DNA of 64,000 nt, taken from contig CAVXGR010000025.1 of the NCBI GenBank assembly GCA_963761335.1, positions 1-64,000 of the forward strand, in the 5' to 3' direction. Below, piece after piece: positions 28,604 through 38,683 of the stretch (positions are counted from its first letter, which is position 1; every line of letters starts with the position of its first letter). The DNA comes from an uncultured delta proteobacterium. Its GTDB lineage: Bacteria; Desulfobacterota; Binatia; HRBIN30; BPIQ01. The translations under genes and the position numbers were made by a program. The notes beneath the pieces are model-generated. The model was not told the DNA's origin, ran no database searches, and saw only the letters and a list, made by a program, of their open reading frames with translations.

Positions 28604-30217
28604 ATGAGCCCGACGCGGCGTCGCGCCCGCTTCGCCGAGCTGTGGGCTCCGTACTGGCCCGGAAAGTCCCTGGCCGCGTTTTTCGAGGCGACCGCCGCCG
28701 CCCGGCCCGGGGCGCTCGCCATCGCCGACGGCTCTCTGCGACTGAGCTTCGCGCAGCTGCAGGAGGCGGCGGCCCGCGTCGCTGGCGGCCTGGGGCGGCT
28801 CGGGATCCGTCCGGGCGATACCGTCGCCTATCAATTGCCGAACTGGTGGGAGGCGATCGCCTTCTTCCTCGGTGCGGCGCGCGCCGGTGCGGTCGTCAAC
28901 CCGCTCCTGCCGCTGTTTCGCGAGCCCGAGCTGCTGTTCACCCTGCAGCAGTCGCAGGCGAGTCTGGTGCTCGTCGCTGAAGAGCACCGCGGCATCGGGC
29001 ACCGCGCCATCGTCGAAGGGCTTCGGGATCGACTGCCGTCGCTGCGGCACGTCGTCGCCTGCCGCGGCGCTCCGGGCAGCGGGAGTTTCGAGGAGATGCT
29101 GGGGAGCGGATCGAGCGCCGCCGCGGCAGAGCTTCCGGGCGATGCCGTGCTGCTGCTCATGTACACCTCGGGGACGACGGCGGAACCCAAAGGGGTGCTG
29201 CACACCCACGACACGCTGGCGGCGGAGGTCTTGTCGCTGGCGCGCGTGCACGGTCTCGGCCCCGGCGACGTGACTCTGCTTCCCTCGCCGCTGACGCACA
29301 TCTCCGGGGTCCTTCACGGCATCCTCGTGCCGGCGATCCTGGGGACCGCCGCCGTGCTGATGGAGCGCTGGGATGTACGGCGCGCTCTCGAGCTGGTCGA
29401 AGCGGAGGAGGTGACCTACATGGTGGGGGCGCCGACGTTCCTGCGCGACCTGATCGCCGGCGCCGGCGGCGAAGGCCGCGAGCTGGGCTCGCTGCGCCTC
29501 TTCTCCTGCGGCGGCGCCGACGTATCCGGCGAGCTGATCCGCAGGGCGCGGGCACGCCTGCCCGGCTGCGTCGCCAAGCGCGTCTACGGCTCGACCGAGT
29601 TTCCGACGATCAGCACCACCGGCGCCGATGACGCCGAGCAGCGGGGCGCTGATTCCGAAGGGCGCCCCATCGCTCCAGTGGAGGTGCGCATCGTCGACGA
29701 GTCCGGTGGCTCGCTGGCCGGAGGCGGCGTCGGCGAGGTGCAGGCGCGTGGGCCGGAGTGCTTCGTGGGCTATGCCGACGCGGCGCTCGACGACGAGGCA
29801 TTCACCGCCGACGGGTGGTTTCGCAGCGGCGATCTCGGCTCTTTGGATGCGGATGGATACCTGACGATCGCGGGACGGATGAAGGAGATCGTGGTCCGCA
29901 AGGGCGAGAAGATCAGCGTGCGGCAGCTGGAGGAGCTGATCGCCGCCCATCCGGCCGTCGCCGAGGTCTCGGTGGTCGCCTTGCCCGACGCCGACACCGG
30001 CGAGCGCGCCTGCGCGGCGGTGCGGCTGAAGCCAGAAGCGAGGCTCGATCTCGAGTCGCTGTGTCGGTTCCTCGGCGAGCGCGGACTGGCCAGGCAGAAG
30101 CACCCGGAGCAGCTCGAACTCCTGGAGGCCTTGCCGCGCACCGAGAGCGGCAAGGTGCAGCGCCCGGCGCTGCACCGCCTGCTCGAGGCGCGGCCGTTTG
30201 CGCGCCGATCTCGCTAG
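28604..30217 (+). CDS. Acyl/aryl-CoA ligase (cyclohexanecarboxylate-CoA ligase-like)
   Basis: QLPNWWE, YTSGTTAEPKG, YGSTE, GWFRSGDLG, LPRTESGK. Confidence 0.88.
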   Translation: MSPTRRRARFAELWAPYWPGKSLAAFFEATAAARPGALAIADGSLRLSFAQLQEAAARVAGGLGRLGIRPGDTVAYQLPNWWEAIAFFLGAARAGAVVNPLLPLFREPELLFTLQQSQASLVLVAEEHRGIGHRAIVEGLRDRLPSLRHVVACRGAPGSGSFEEMLGSGSSAAAAELPGDAVLLLMYTSGTTAEPKGVLHTHDTLAAEVLSLARVHGLGPGDVTLLPSPLTHISGVLHGILVPAILGTAAVLMERWDVRRALELVEAEEVTYMVGAPTFLRDLIAGAGGEGRELGSLRLFSCGGADVSGELIRRARARLPGCVAKRVYGSTEFPTISTTGADDAEQRGADSEGRPIAPVEVRIVDESGGSLAGGGVGEVQARGPECFVGYADAALDDEAFTADGWFRSGDLGSLDADGYLTIAGRMKEIVVRKGEKISVRQLEELIAAHPAVAEVSVVALPDADTGERACAAVRLKPEARLDLESLCRFLGERGLARQKHPEQLELLEALPRTESGKVQRPALHRLLEARPFARRSR

Positions 30218-30236
30218 CGGTTCTTGTCTCCGCTCT

Positions 30237-30398
30237 TCATTCCCTGTTCTCATTCCCTGTTCTCATTCCCGGTTCTCATGCCGTCGTTTTCCATGGTTCT
30301 GCGGGTCGCGTGAGATCCCGGCCGGCTGTGAGTTATCGCGGCTCTCAGAGCGAATGGAAAACGACGGCATGAGAACCGCTGATGAGAATCGGGAATGA
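30237..30398. repeat. 25-bp inverted repeat with 13-bp tandem flanks
   Basis: CGGTTCTCATGCCGTCGTTTTCCAT (30270-30294) / ATGGAAAACGACGGCATGAGAACCG (30354-30378). TCATTCCCTGTTC tandem on the left. Confidence 0.8.
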
Positions 30399-30469
30399 CT
30401 GAATAGGTGCGCCCCATTTGAGGGAAGCCGGCGAGAGGGAGGGGGTGGACTCCCGCTCGCCGGTGACTG

Positions 30470-30793
30470 TCACGAAGACGGCTTTCCCTTTGCCGTCCCT
30501 CCGCCGGCGCCGCCGACGGTGATCTGGTCGCGGAAGGTCGACAGGCGCTTCTCGCCGATGCCGCTCACCGCCACCAGATCCTCGACCGACTTGAAGGGGC
30601 CGTGCTCCTGGCGGTGGGCGACGATCGCCTTTGCCGTCACCTCGCCGATGCCGTGCAGCGTCATCAACTGCTCGACGCTGGCGGTGTTGATGTTGAGCTT
30701 CTGGTCGTCGCCGGCCCACGCGCTGCGCAGGCCGATTGCGGTCAGACAGAGCGCCAGAAGCAGTGCCAGATACCTCGTTCGCTGGTAAGCCAT
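30470..30793 (-). CDS. comEA: ComEA family helix-hairpin-helix DNA-binding protein
   Basis: Signal peptide, LNINTASVEQLMTLHGIG, GPFKSVEDL..VSGIG, AAGGAGG RBS. Confidence 0.9.
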   Translation of the reverse strand: MAYQRTRYLALLLALCLTAIGLRSAWAGDDQKLNINTASVEQLMTLHGIGEVTAKAIVAHRQEHGPFKSVEDLVAVSGIGEKRLSTFRDQITVGGAGGGTAKGKPSS

Positions 30794-30904
30794 CCATAGC
30801 CTCCTTGGTAGTAGGGTTGGTTGAAGTCCGCGCCCCCACCCCTGGAACGCGCGATTTTCATAGCATGGCGTGACGGGGGCGAATAGTGGGTATTTTCGGT
30901 AGTG

Positions 30905-31310
30905 GGGGATTTTGAATTGAGTTGAACCTGACTTCCCCAGGTTGCATCTGGGGGCGGGAGCGCAGAGATCATTCGCCCCGAAGGGGCGCAGGCGTGTAGC
31001 CCCGGGGCTCCGACCCGGGGATTCCGAAGTCGACGTCGGCTGGCGCCCCGCCAGGGGCGCGGGCGCGGTTTTGACACAGGCCTCTGCACCCGAGGTTGCA
31101 CGCCTGCGCCCCTGGCGGGGCGCATCGGGGAAGGCAGACCCGGGACCCCCGGGGCTCCGACCCGGGGATCCCCGGGTCTCCGACCCGGGGCTACATGCCT
31201 GCGCCGCTTCGCGGCGCGATCCCCCAGCCCAAGTTGGGTCGTGGGGGATTTTAATTGGTAAGGGAATTTTGAAACGAAACGCGCTTGATCTCAAGATTCA
31301 CCGCTACTGT
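30905..31310. repeat. Dispersed palindromic REP/MITE-like element, long copy
   Basis: Internal inverted repeat GCGCAGGCGTGTAGCCCCGGG / CCCGGGGCTACATGCCTGCGC. Homologous to 3873-4160. Confidence 0.82.
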
Positions 31311-31317
31311 ATTTTCT

Positions 31318-31420
31318 CCGTGCCCGTGCCCGTGCCCGTGCCCATGCCCGTCGTCTTCCGCGCCGATGTTCCTTCTCCGCTCTGCTCAGAGACGGGCGCG
31401 GGCACGGGCACGGACACGGG
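31318..31420. repeat. Mirrored hexamer repeats (CCGTGC)n / (GCACGG)n
   Basis: 31318-31352 and inverted 31391-31420. Confidence 0.8.
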
Positions 31421-31532
31421 ACTGGTGGGAAATCTTCCTTGAATCTCCATCGCGGCAGTGCCTAGTGTGCTCTCGTTTGACATGCAGGCGAGGCTTAACC
31501 TATGGGAAGCACCATTTGCGACGGCGAGGCTT

Positions 31533-32549
31533 GTGGTCGATAGAACGTCAGGCGGGGGGACCTGGAGGGACTGGTGTGCGTGGGTTGCGGCTCTGCTGCT
31601 CTGTTTCGCAGCGATGGCCCGCGCCTCGATCAATGAGGTCGCCAATATCCCCGACAACCTCTACGACGTCGACTTCATTTCGCCGCAAGAGGGATGGGTC
31701 GTCGGCGCCTTCGGAACCATCGGCCACACCACCGACGGCGGCAAGACCTGGCAACGGCAGGCGAGCACCACCGAGGAGCGCCTGTTCGGAGTCTCCTTCG
31801 CCGATGCCCAGCACGGCTGGGCGGTCGGTCGCGTCGGCACCATCGTGCACACGGCCGACGGCGTCACCTGGCAGTCGCAGTCCGGAGTCACCGAGAAGCA
31901 CCTCTTCAAGATAAAGGCGCTCTCCGCCAACGAGGCGTGGGCAATCGGCGACTGGGGCGTGATCGTTTACACCGCCGATGGAGGCGCCCACTGGCGGGAC
32001 CGCTCTCTGACGCAGGACGTGATTCTCAACGATCTCAGCTTCGTCGACGACCAGCACGGCTGGATCGTCGGTGAGGCCGGCGCCGTGTTCGCAACCGCCG
32101 ACGGCGGTGCGACCTGGACGCGCCAGGACTCCGGCACGCAGAAGAGCCTCTTCGGGACCTGGTTCATCGACCGGCAGCGCGGCTGGGCCGTCGGCCTCGA
32201 TGGCCTGCTGATCCGCACCACCGACGGCGGCGCCACCTGGAAGGTCCAGCATGGGGACCCGTCGGTCGGCTCGCTCGAAGATATGGGTCTCTCCGAGGCG
32301 TTCAAGAATCCCAGCCTCTACGCGATCGAACTGAAAGGAAGCTTCGGCATGGCCGTCGGTGACAGGGGAACCATCTTGACCAGCGGCGACGCCGGCGCCA
32401 CCTGGAAGGAGCAGCAGGTGCCTTCGGATTGGCGGCTGCGCTGGCTCCGCAGCGTCTCTCTGGTGGCCAACGCGGACGGCATGGCGGTCGGCGCCGGCGG
32501 TCTCATCATTCCGGTGGTCGACGGTACCATCGAGCTTGCGAGTCACTGA
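31533..32549 (+). CDS. YCF48-like beta-propeller protein
   Basis: Repeated GWAVG..GTI..TxDGGxTW units and a signal peptide. Start uncertain. Confidence 0.88.
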   Translation: MVDRTSGGGTWRDWCAWVAALLLCFAAMARASINEVANIPDNLYDVDFISPQEGWVVGAFGTIGHTTDGGKTWQRQASTTEERLFGVSFADAQHGWAVGRVGTIVHTADGVTWQSQSGVTEKHLFKIKALSANEAWAIGDWGVIVYTADGGAHWRDRSLTQDVILNDLSFVDDQHGWIVGEAGAVFATADGGATWTRQDSGTQKSLFGTWFIDRQRGWAVGLDGLLIRTTDGGATWKVQHGDPSVGSLEDMGLSEAFKNPSLYAIELKGSFGMAVGDRGTILTSGDAGATWKEQQVPSDWRLRWLRSVSLVANADGMAVGAGGLIIPVVDGTIELASH

Positions 32550-32551
32550 CG

Positions 32552-34930
32552 ATGCTGTCGCGTCGCCTGATCGAGGGCTATCTCGACTTTCTCCTGCGGC
32601 GCCGTTTGCTCGTCGGCGCGCTGATCACCGGCGGCACCGCCTTCTTCGTCTGGTTCATGGTGTTCCACTTGGCGGTGTATCCGAACTTCTTCGACCTCTA
32701 CCCGCCGAAGCACCCGTATATCCGCCTGTACCAGAAGTACCGCAGCATGTTCGGCACTGCCAACATGCTGGCGATCGTGGTCGAGGTGAAGAAGGGTACC
32801 ATCTTCGACGACCCCGCGACGGTGCAGAAGGTGGACCGCATCACCCTCGACCTGCTCCACGAGGTGCCCGGGGTGAACGGCGAGCAGGTTCTGTCGATCA
32901 CCCACCCGAAGCTGAAGACGACACTGGCCTCCGGCTCCGGCATCAAGGTCGTACCGCTGATCTATCCCCGCATTCCGCGCGACAAGGATGATCTCGATTT
33001 CCTGCGCCAGAAGGTCTACGCCACCGAGGGCGTGCGCGGCTTCTTCGTCTCCAAGGACGACAAGGCGACGATGATCACCGCCGGCTTCTGGGAGGAGCAC
33101 TTCGATCTTCTCGGCATGTGGAACAAGCTGCAGGAGATCAAGAAGCGCGAGCAGGACGCCAATACCAACATCTACATCACTGGCCCGCCGATTCTCTATG
33201 CCTACGTGGTGCGGGCGCTGCCGAAGATGATCTGGGTCTTCGCGGCGACCGGCGCGGCGATGGTGCTGCTGCTGTGGCTCTACTTTCGCACCGCCCAGGG
33301 CGTGCTCATCCCCGCATTCTCGGGTCTGATGAGCGCCGTCTGGGGGCTCGGCTTCGCCGGCTTGTGCGGCTTCTCTCTCGACCCGCTGGTGCTGGTCGTC
33401 TTCGTCCTGATCACGGCGCGGGCCCTGAGCCACTCCGTGCAGTCGATGGAGCGCTATCACGAGGAGTACTTCCGGCTCCACGACAAGGAGGCGGCGATCC
33501 GCAAATCCTATGTCGAGATCTACAGCCCGGCGATGGTCTCCATCATCTCCGACGGCCTGGCGATTCTGACCATCGCCGTCGCCAGCATCCCGCTCATGCA
33601 GAAGCTCGCCTTCGTCGCCAGCTTCTGGATCATCAGCATCTTCCTCAGCGTCGTCACCCTGCACCCCATCATTCTCATGTACGTGCGGCCGCCGCGGGAG
33701 ATCCCCAACGAGGGCTGGGCGGACGGCATCTACCGGCGCATCTGCAGCTTTCTGATTCTCATCAGCCGCGGCAACGCGCGCTGGGTGGTGGCCAGCGTCT
33801 CGGGCGTGGTGATGCTGGTGGCCCTCTTCATGGCGCACAACCTGCGGGTCGGCGACACCACCATGGGCTCGGCTCTCTTCTACCCGGACCATCCGGTGAA
33901 CCAGGCCTTCCGCAAGGTCAATGAAGACTTCGTCGGCGCCAGCCAGCTGGTGATCATCGCCGAGGGCAAGAAGAAGGGCGCCCTCAAGGACGCGCACACG
34001 CTCTCCGAGCTGTCGCGCTTCCAGCGCTACATGGAGCAAGGGGAGGGGGCCGGCGGCTCGCTCACGGCGACGACGCTGCTGAAGAAGATCTTCCGCACCT
34101 TTCACGAGGGCGACCCGAAGTGGGAGATGCTCCCGGTGCGCGACGATCACATCAGCCAGCTCTTCTTCTTCCTCATCTCGGGCACCGGGCGTGGCGAGAT
34201 GGACCGCTTCTTCGACCCGACGATGACCAACGCCACCATCAGCGTGTTCTACAAGGACTACAACAACGATATCATCCATTCCGCGATCGCCCGCGCCAAG
34301 GCCTACATCGCCCAGAACGACGGCGAGAAGTCCTCGGTGCGCTATCTGCTCGCCGGCGGTCTGCTGGGGATCCTGGCGGCGGTGAACGAGGAGGTGAACT
34401 GGTCCTATCGGATCAACATCACCCTGATTCTCTTGACGGTCTTCATCCTCAGCTATGGAACCTATCGCTCGGTGATCGGTGCGCTGATCGTGATGACTCC
34501 GTCGCTGGTGGCGCAACCGCTCAGTGAGGCGGTAATGTATCTGACGGGCATCGATTTCAACATCAACTCGCTGCCGGTGGCCGCCGTCGGTATCGGCATC
34601 GGCATCGACTACGGGTACTACGTGCTCAGCCGTATCGTCGAGGAGTACGAGGCGACGGGCGATTTCGACGAGGCCAACAGCCGCGCCATCGCCACCACCG
34701 GCAAGGCGGTAATCTTCACCGGGACGACGCTGATCGCCAGCGTCGCCTTCTGGATCTTTTTCCCCATGAAGTTCCAGGCGCAGATGGCGTTGCTGCTGGT
34801 GATGATCCTGGTGTTTCACGTCATCGGAGCACTGGTGTTCATTCCGGCGGCCGTGTCGCTGTTGCGCCCGCGCTTCGCCGTATCGCGCAAGGCTCCGGAG
34901 CCGGTGCTCGCCCGCGCGCAGACGGGGTGA
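32552..34930 (+). CDS. MMPL/RND family transporter
   Basis: Two transmembrane halves, ARALSHSVQ, GIGIGIDYG, TGKAVIFTG. Confidence 0.92.
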   Translation: MLSRRLIEGYLDFLLRRRLLVGALITGGTAFFVWFMVFHLAVYPNFFDLYPPKHPYIRLYQKYRSMFGTANMLAIVVEVKKGTIFDDPATVQKVDRITLDLLHEVPGVNGEQVLSITHPKLKTTLASGSGIKVVPLIYPRIPRDKDDLDFLRQKVYATEGVRGFFVSKDDKATMITAGFWEEHFDLLGMWNKLQEIKKREQDANTNIYITGPPILYAYVVRALPKMIWVFAATGAAMVLLLWLYFRTAQGVLIPAFSGLMSAVWGLGFAGLCGFSLDPLVLVVFVLITARALSHSVQSMERYHEEYFRLHDKEAAIRKSYVEIYSPAMVSIISDGLAILTIAVASIPLMQKLAFVASFWIISIFLSVVTLHPIILMYVRPPREIPNEGWADGIYRRICSFLILISRGNARWVVASVSGVVMLVALFMAHNLRVGDTTMGSALFYPDHPVNQAFRKVNEDFVGASQLVIIAEGKKKGALKDAHTLSELSRFQRYMEQGEGAGGSLTATTLLKKIFRTFHEGDPKWEMLPVRDDHISQLFFFLISGTGRGEMDRFFDPTMTNATISVFYKDYNNDIIHSAIARAKAYIAQNDGEKSSVRYLLAGGLLGILAAVNEEVNWSYRINITLILLTVFILSYGTYRSVIGALIVMTPSLVAQPLSEAVMYLTGIDFNINSLPVAAVGIGIGIDYGYYVLSRIVEEYEATGDFDEANSRAIATTGKAVIFTGTTLIASVAFWIFFPMKFQAQMALLLVMILVFHVIGALVFIPAAVSLLRPRFAVSRKAPEPVLARAQTG

Positions 34931-34971
34931 GCTCGGCCGGCGCCCCCAGAGGCGAGAAAGATGAGGTCTGC

Positions 34972-36348
34972 ATGATGGTGACGCGGTGGCATTTTCTCTC
35001 GTTTGCGGGCGCCTTGCTCGCCGCTTCTCTGCTCCCTGCCGCTCCGCTGCGGGCGCAGACGCCGGCGCCGGCCGGCGCAACCACTCCGGCGGCGCCGGCG
35101 GCGCTCAAGCCGGGCGACGTCCTCGGGCCCGACAACTGGCAGGCGGCCAAGGATCTGCTGCCCCCGGAAATTCTCGACCACTACCGGAAGGGCGAGTACC
35201 GCAACCCGATCGTCGCCTGGCCGGAAGGGAACTACCACTGGGCGCCGCAGTTCGTCGAGGCCACCAAGCGCAACGCGACGGAGCTGTCGCTCAACGCCGA
35301 CGGCGCGATCGTCGACAAGACCGGCAAGCAGCCGCCGCTCGTCTACGGCCTGCCGTTCCCGAACATCGACGAGGCCGATCCGCAGGCGGGCGAGAAGGTG
35401 CTGTGGAACTACTTCTACAGCTACTGGGAGCAGGGCAACAGCTTCAACGTCATCCGCCTCGATTGGGTGAACCCGACTGGCATCGATCGCGAGTCGGGCC
35501 AGAAGGTGTACTTCCTCTACTACGACGGCCAGGCCGTGCCGTATCGGATTCCCAACCCCGACAACCTCAGCCAGCAGTCCATCGCCACCACCATCTCGCC
35601 GGCCGATCTCCAGGGCACGACGGCACTCACCTGGCGCTACCGCGACTCCGACAAACGCGACTCCGCCTGGGTGTACGTGCCGGCGCTGCGGCGCGTGCGT
35701 GCCGTCAGCCCGGCGAATCGCTCCGACGGCTTTCTCGGCTCCGACATGAGCCAGGACGACGGCCCCTTCTTCGACGGCAAGCCCGAGGACTTCACCTGGA
35801 AGCTGGTGGGAGCGCGGCGGTTCTTCCGGCTCGTGGACCCGAAGAGCATCGCCGGCCAGACGATCACCAAGAAGCTCCCCGGCGGCGGGTATCGCGCCGA
35901 ATGGCCGGCCGGGTTCCGCATCGGCTTTCAGGACCCGAGCTGGAAGGGAATCGCCTGGGCGCCGATCGCCGCGGCGCTCGCCGAGCGCCGCACCTGGGTG
36001 ATCGAAGGTGTCCCCAAGGACAAGTACTATCTGTACGGCAAGCTGCAGCTCTACTTCGACGCGGAGAACTACCAGGGTGCCTGGAACCGCAAGTTCGGCT
36101 GGGACGGCGACCTGCTCAACACGCTGCAGGCGATGGGTTTCCAGAACGTCAAGGTCGGCGAGACCAAGGGCGTCGAGGACTGGGTGTGGGGCTCGAGCCA
36201 CGCCTACCAGTGTGCCGAGAACGTCAAGATGAACCGCGCCACCGTCGGCGGTGACAAGCTGGCCGGCGAAGATGTCCCCACGGACCGGCGGGTGCCGATG
36301 GAGCCGAGCTTCTTCGACTTCTCCAACCTGCAGCGATTCGGCAAGTAG
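34972..36348 (+). CDS. DUF1329 periplasmic protein
   Basis: GLPFP, AWVYVPALRRVR, SDMSQDD, WVIEGVPK..YYLYGK. Confidence 0.88.
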   Translation: MMVTRWHFLSFAGALLAASLLPAAPLRAQTPAPAGATTPAAPAALKPGDVLGPDNWQAAKDLLPPEILDHYRKGEYRNPIVAWPEGNYHWAPQFVEATKRNATELSLNADGAIVDKTGKQPPLVYGLPFPNIDEADPQAGEKVLWNYFYSYWEQGNSFNVIRLDWVNPTGIDRESGQKVYFLYYDGQAVPYRIPNPDNLSQQSIATTISPADLQGTTALTWRYRDSDKRDSAWVYVPALRRVRAVSPANRSDGFLGSDMSQDDGPFFDGKPEDFTWKLVGARRFFRLVDPKSIAGQTITKKLPGGGYRAEWPAGFRIGFQDPSWKGIAWAPIAAALAERRTWVIEGVPKDKYYLYGKLQLYFDAENYQGAWNRKFGWDGDLLNTLQAMGFQNVKVGETKGVEDWVWGSSHAYQCAENVKMNRATVGGDKLAGEDVPTDRRVPMEPSFFDFSNLQRFGK

Positions 36349-36421
36349 CGCCGGGTCATGCAGGGAAAGGCGAGAATCCTCGGGCGGACGAGGCTCGGCC
36401 GAGTCACGCCCCGGAAACCAC

Positions 36422-37606
36422 ATGGACTTCCGCCTCGCTGAAGAAGAGGAGCGCTTTCGCTCCGAGGTCGAGGATTGGCTGCGCGCCAATCTGCCGGCAG
36501 GCTGGGGCACGCCGGCTTTCCGCGAGCCGGAGACCGCGGAGGAGAAGGTCGCCTTCGCCAGAAGCTGGCAGCGCCGCCTGCGCGACGGCGGCTGGGCGGG
36601 ACTCTCGTGGCCGCTCGAGTACGGCGGCCGCGCCGCGTCCGTCGTCGAGCAGCTGATCTTCAACGAGGAGTACGCGCGCCTGCGGGCGCCCGACCTGATC
36701 AGCATCAGCGTCGGCCTGTCGCTGGTCGGCCCGACGCTGATCCGCTGGGGCACGCCGGCGCAGAAGGAGCGCTTTCTGACGCGCATCCTCTCGGGCGACG
36801 AGGTCTGGTGCCAGGGGTTCTCCGAGCCCAATGCCGGCTCGGATCTGGCCGCGGTGCGCACCCGCGCCGAGCGCCGCGGCGACTGGTACGTGGTCTCCGG
36901 ACAGAAGATCTGGACCAGCTTCGCCCGCCATTCACAGTGGTGCATTCTGGTGGTGCGCACCGATCCGGAGGCCCCCAAGCACCGGGGCATCTCCTTCCTG
37001 ATGGTGGACATGTCGAGCCCCGGCATCACCATCCGCCCGTTGCGGGAGATGACCGGCGACGCGTGGTTCAACGAGGTCTTCTTCGACGAGGTGCGGGTGC
37101 CGGCCGAGAACCTGGTCGGCGAGGAGAACCGCGGCTGGGAGGTGGTGATGACGACGCTGGCGCACGAGCGCGGCGTCACCGCGCCGCATGTGCGCCTGCA
37201 GGCGGAGACCCGACTCCTGGCCCGACTGGCGCGCCAGCGCCGCAGCGACGGCCATCGCGCCAGCGACGATCCGCACCACCGGCAGCGGATCGCGCAGCTG
37301 GCGATCGAGGCCGAGGTGCTGCGCGTGAGCGCCTATCGCAACATCACGCAGATTCAGCGCACCGGGCAGCCGGGCGCCAGCGGCTCGATGATGAAGCTCT
37401 TCTGGAGCGAGATGGACCAGCGGCTCAAGGACGCCGCTTTCGAGGTTCTCGGCGCCTACGGCATTCTCGAGGGCAGCACCGCCGTCGATCGCGGCTGGTG
37501 GGCCCACGAGCTACTCTGGTCGCGGGCGGCAACCATTTACGCCGGCACCTCGGAGGTGCAGCGCAACATCATCGCCCAGCGCGTGCTCGGGCTGCCGCGC
37601 CAGTAG
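36422..37606 (+). CDS. Acyl-CoA dehydrogenase
   Basis: WCQGFSEPNAGSDLA, FNEVFFD, IYAGTSEVQRNII. Confidence 0.94.
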   Translation: MDFRLAEEEERFRSEVEDWLRANLPAGWGTPAFREPETAEEKVAFARSWQRRLRDGGWAGLSWPLEYGGRAASVVEQLIFNEEYARLRAPDLISISVGLSLVGPTLIRWGTPAQKERFLTRILSGDEVWCQGFSEPNAGSDLAAVRTRAERRGDWYVVSGQKIWTSFARHSQWCILVVRTDPEAPKHRGISFLMVDMSSPGITIRPLREMTGDAWFNEVFFDEVRVPAENLVGEENRGWEVVMTTLAHERGVTAPHVRLQAETRLLARLARQRRSDGHRASDDPHHRQRIAQLAIEAEVLRVSAYRNITQIQRTGQPGASGSMMKLFWSEMDQRLKDAAFEVLGAYGILEGSTAVDRGWWAHELLWSRAATIYAGTSEVQRNIIAQRVLGLPRQ

Positions 37607-37632
37607 GCTGCGAGCGACACAGAGGAGGACGA

Positions 37633-38427
37633 ATGGCCGATTCCCAATCCGTGCAGCTGAGCGTCGAGGGCGGCGTCGCCTGGATCACTCTCAACCGCCC
37701 CGAGGCGCGCAATGCCGTCAACGCGGAGATGCGCGACGAGGTGATCTCGATCTTGACGCGGGCGCGCACCGACGGCGATATCCGCGCCGTCGTTCTCACC
37801 GGAGCCGGCAAGGGGTTCTGCACCGGCGCCGACCTCTCCGGACCCCGAGGGCAGGGTCCCTCCGGCCCCGGGGCGGCGCGCGAGACGATGCGCAACAGCT
37901 CGCAGCGGCTGATTCGCACCGTCTGGGAGCTCGAGAAGCCGGTGATCGCCGCCGTCAACGGTGTCGCCGCCGGTCTCGGATGTCATCTGGCCTTCGCCTG
38001 CGACCTGGTCGTTGCCGCCGCCGAGGCCCGCTTCATCGAGGTGTTCGTGCGGCGCGGCATTGCCATCGACGCCGGCGGCGCCTTCCTGCTGCCCCGCCTG
38101 ATCGGCCTGGCGCGCGCCAAGGAGCTGGTCTTCTTCGGCGACGACCTCAGTGCGGGGCGCGCTTTGGAGATCGGTCTCATCAACCGCGTCGTTCCCGGAG
38201 AGGAGCTGGCACAGGCGGCACGCGAGTGGGCCGAGCGGCTGGCGCGCGGGCCGACGTTCGCCATCGGCATGTCGAAGCGCCTCCTCAACCGCTCCCTGGA
38301 GTCGAGCCTGGAGACCTGCCTCGAAGAGGAGGCCATGGCGCAGTCGCTGGTGACTCAGTCGGAGGACACGCGCGAGGGTCTGACGGCGTTCGCCGAGCGG
38401 CGCGAGCCGCACTTCAAAGGTCGCTGA
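37633..38427 (+). CDS. Enoyl-CoA hydratase/isomerase
   Basis: ITLNRPEARNA, FCTGADL, KPVIAAVNG, RBS GAGGAGG. Confidence 0.93.
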   Translation: MADSQSVQLSVEGGVAWITLNRPEARNAVNAEMRDEVISILTRARTDGDIRAVVLTGAGKGFCTGADLSGPRGQGPSGPGAARETMRNSSQRLIRTVWELEKPVIAAVNGVAAGLGCHLAFACDLVVAAAEARFIEVFVRRGIAIDAGGAFLLPRLIGLARAKELVFFGDDLSAGRALEIGLINRVVPGEELAQAAREWAERLARGPTFAIGMSKRLLNRSLESSLETCLEEEAMAQSLVTQSEDTREGLTAFAERREPHFKGR

Positions 38428-38509
38428 GGCCCGCGGATCCCTGCCCCAGCGGAAGACGGCCAGGCGCCCGTATCGCCGCTTCAGGCGAGGGCGGGAGCTG
38501 GCGTTTCGT

Positions 38510-38538
38510 TTGACAAGGAGCCTATCGTCGGTGACTAT
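38510..38538 (+). promoter_or_regulatory. Putative sigma70 promoter
   Basis: TTGACA (38510) - 17 nt - GACTAT (38533), 7 nt upstream of the ATG at 38546. Confidence 0.45.
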
Positions 38539-38545
38539 CGACGTC

Positions 38546-38683
38546 ATGGAGGGACGCTTCGCGCTGACGGAGCGGGTTGGGCCGGCCCTCCATCGCGCCG
38601 GCGCGAGCGTGGGAGCGGCACTTCGGTGCGGCTCCCACGCCGCGTTCGACGCTGTCGACACCGAGTTTTCCTCCCCGTGGTGA
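38546..38683 (+). CDS. 45-aa peptide ORF (not in the ORF track)
   Basis: MEGRFALTERVGPALHRAGASVGAALRCGSHAAFDAVDTEFSSPW*. The stop overlaps the next ATG (TGATG). Confidence 0.4.
   Translation: MEGRFALTERVGPALHRAGASVGAALRCGSHAAFDAVDTEFSSPW

Noticed and set aside
30794..31294. Long N-terminal extension of ComEA
   Set aside because: It translates the palindromic element. The RBS and signal peptide support the start at 30793.
32543..37179. Long minus-strand ORFs (845 and 787 aa)
   Set aside because: Antisense shadows of MMPL, DUF1329 and ACAD, as expected in high-GC coding DNA.
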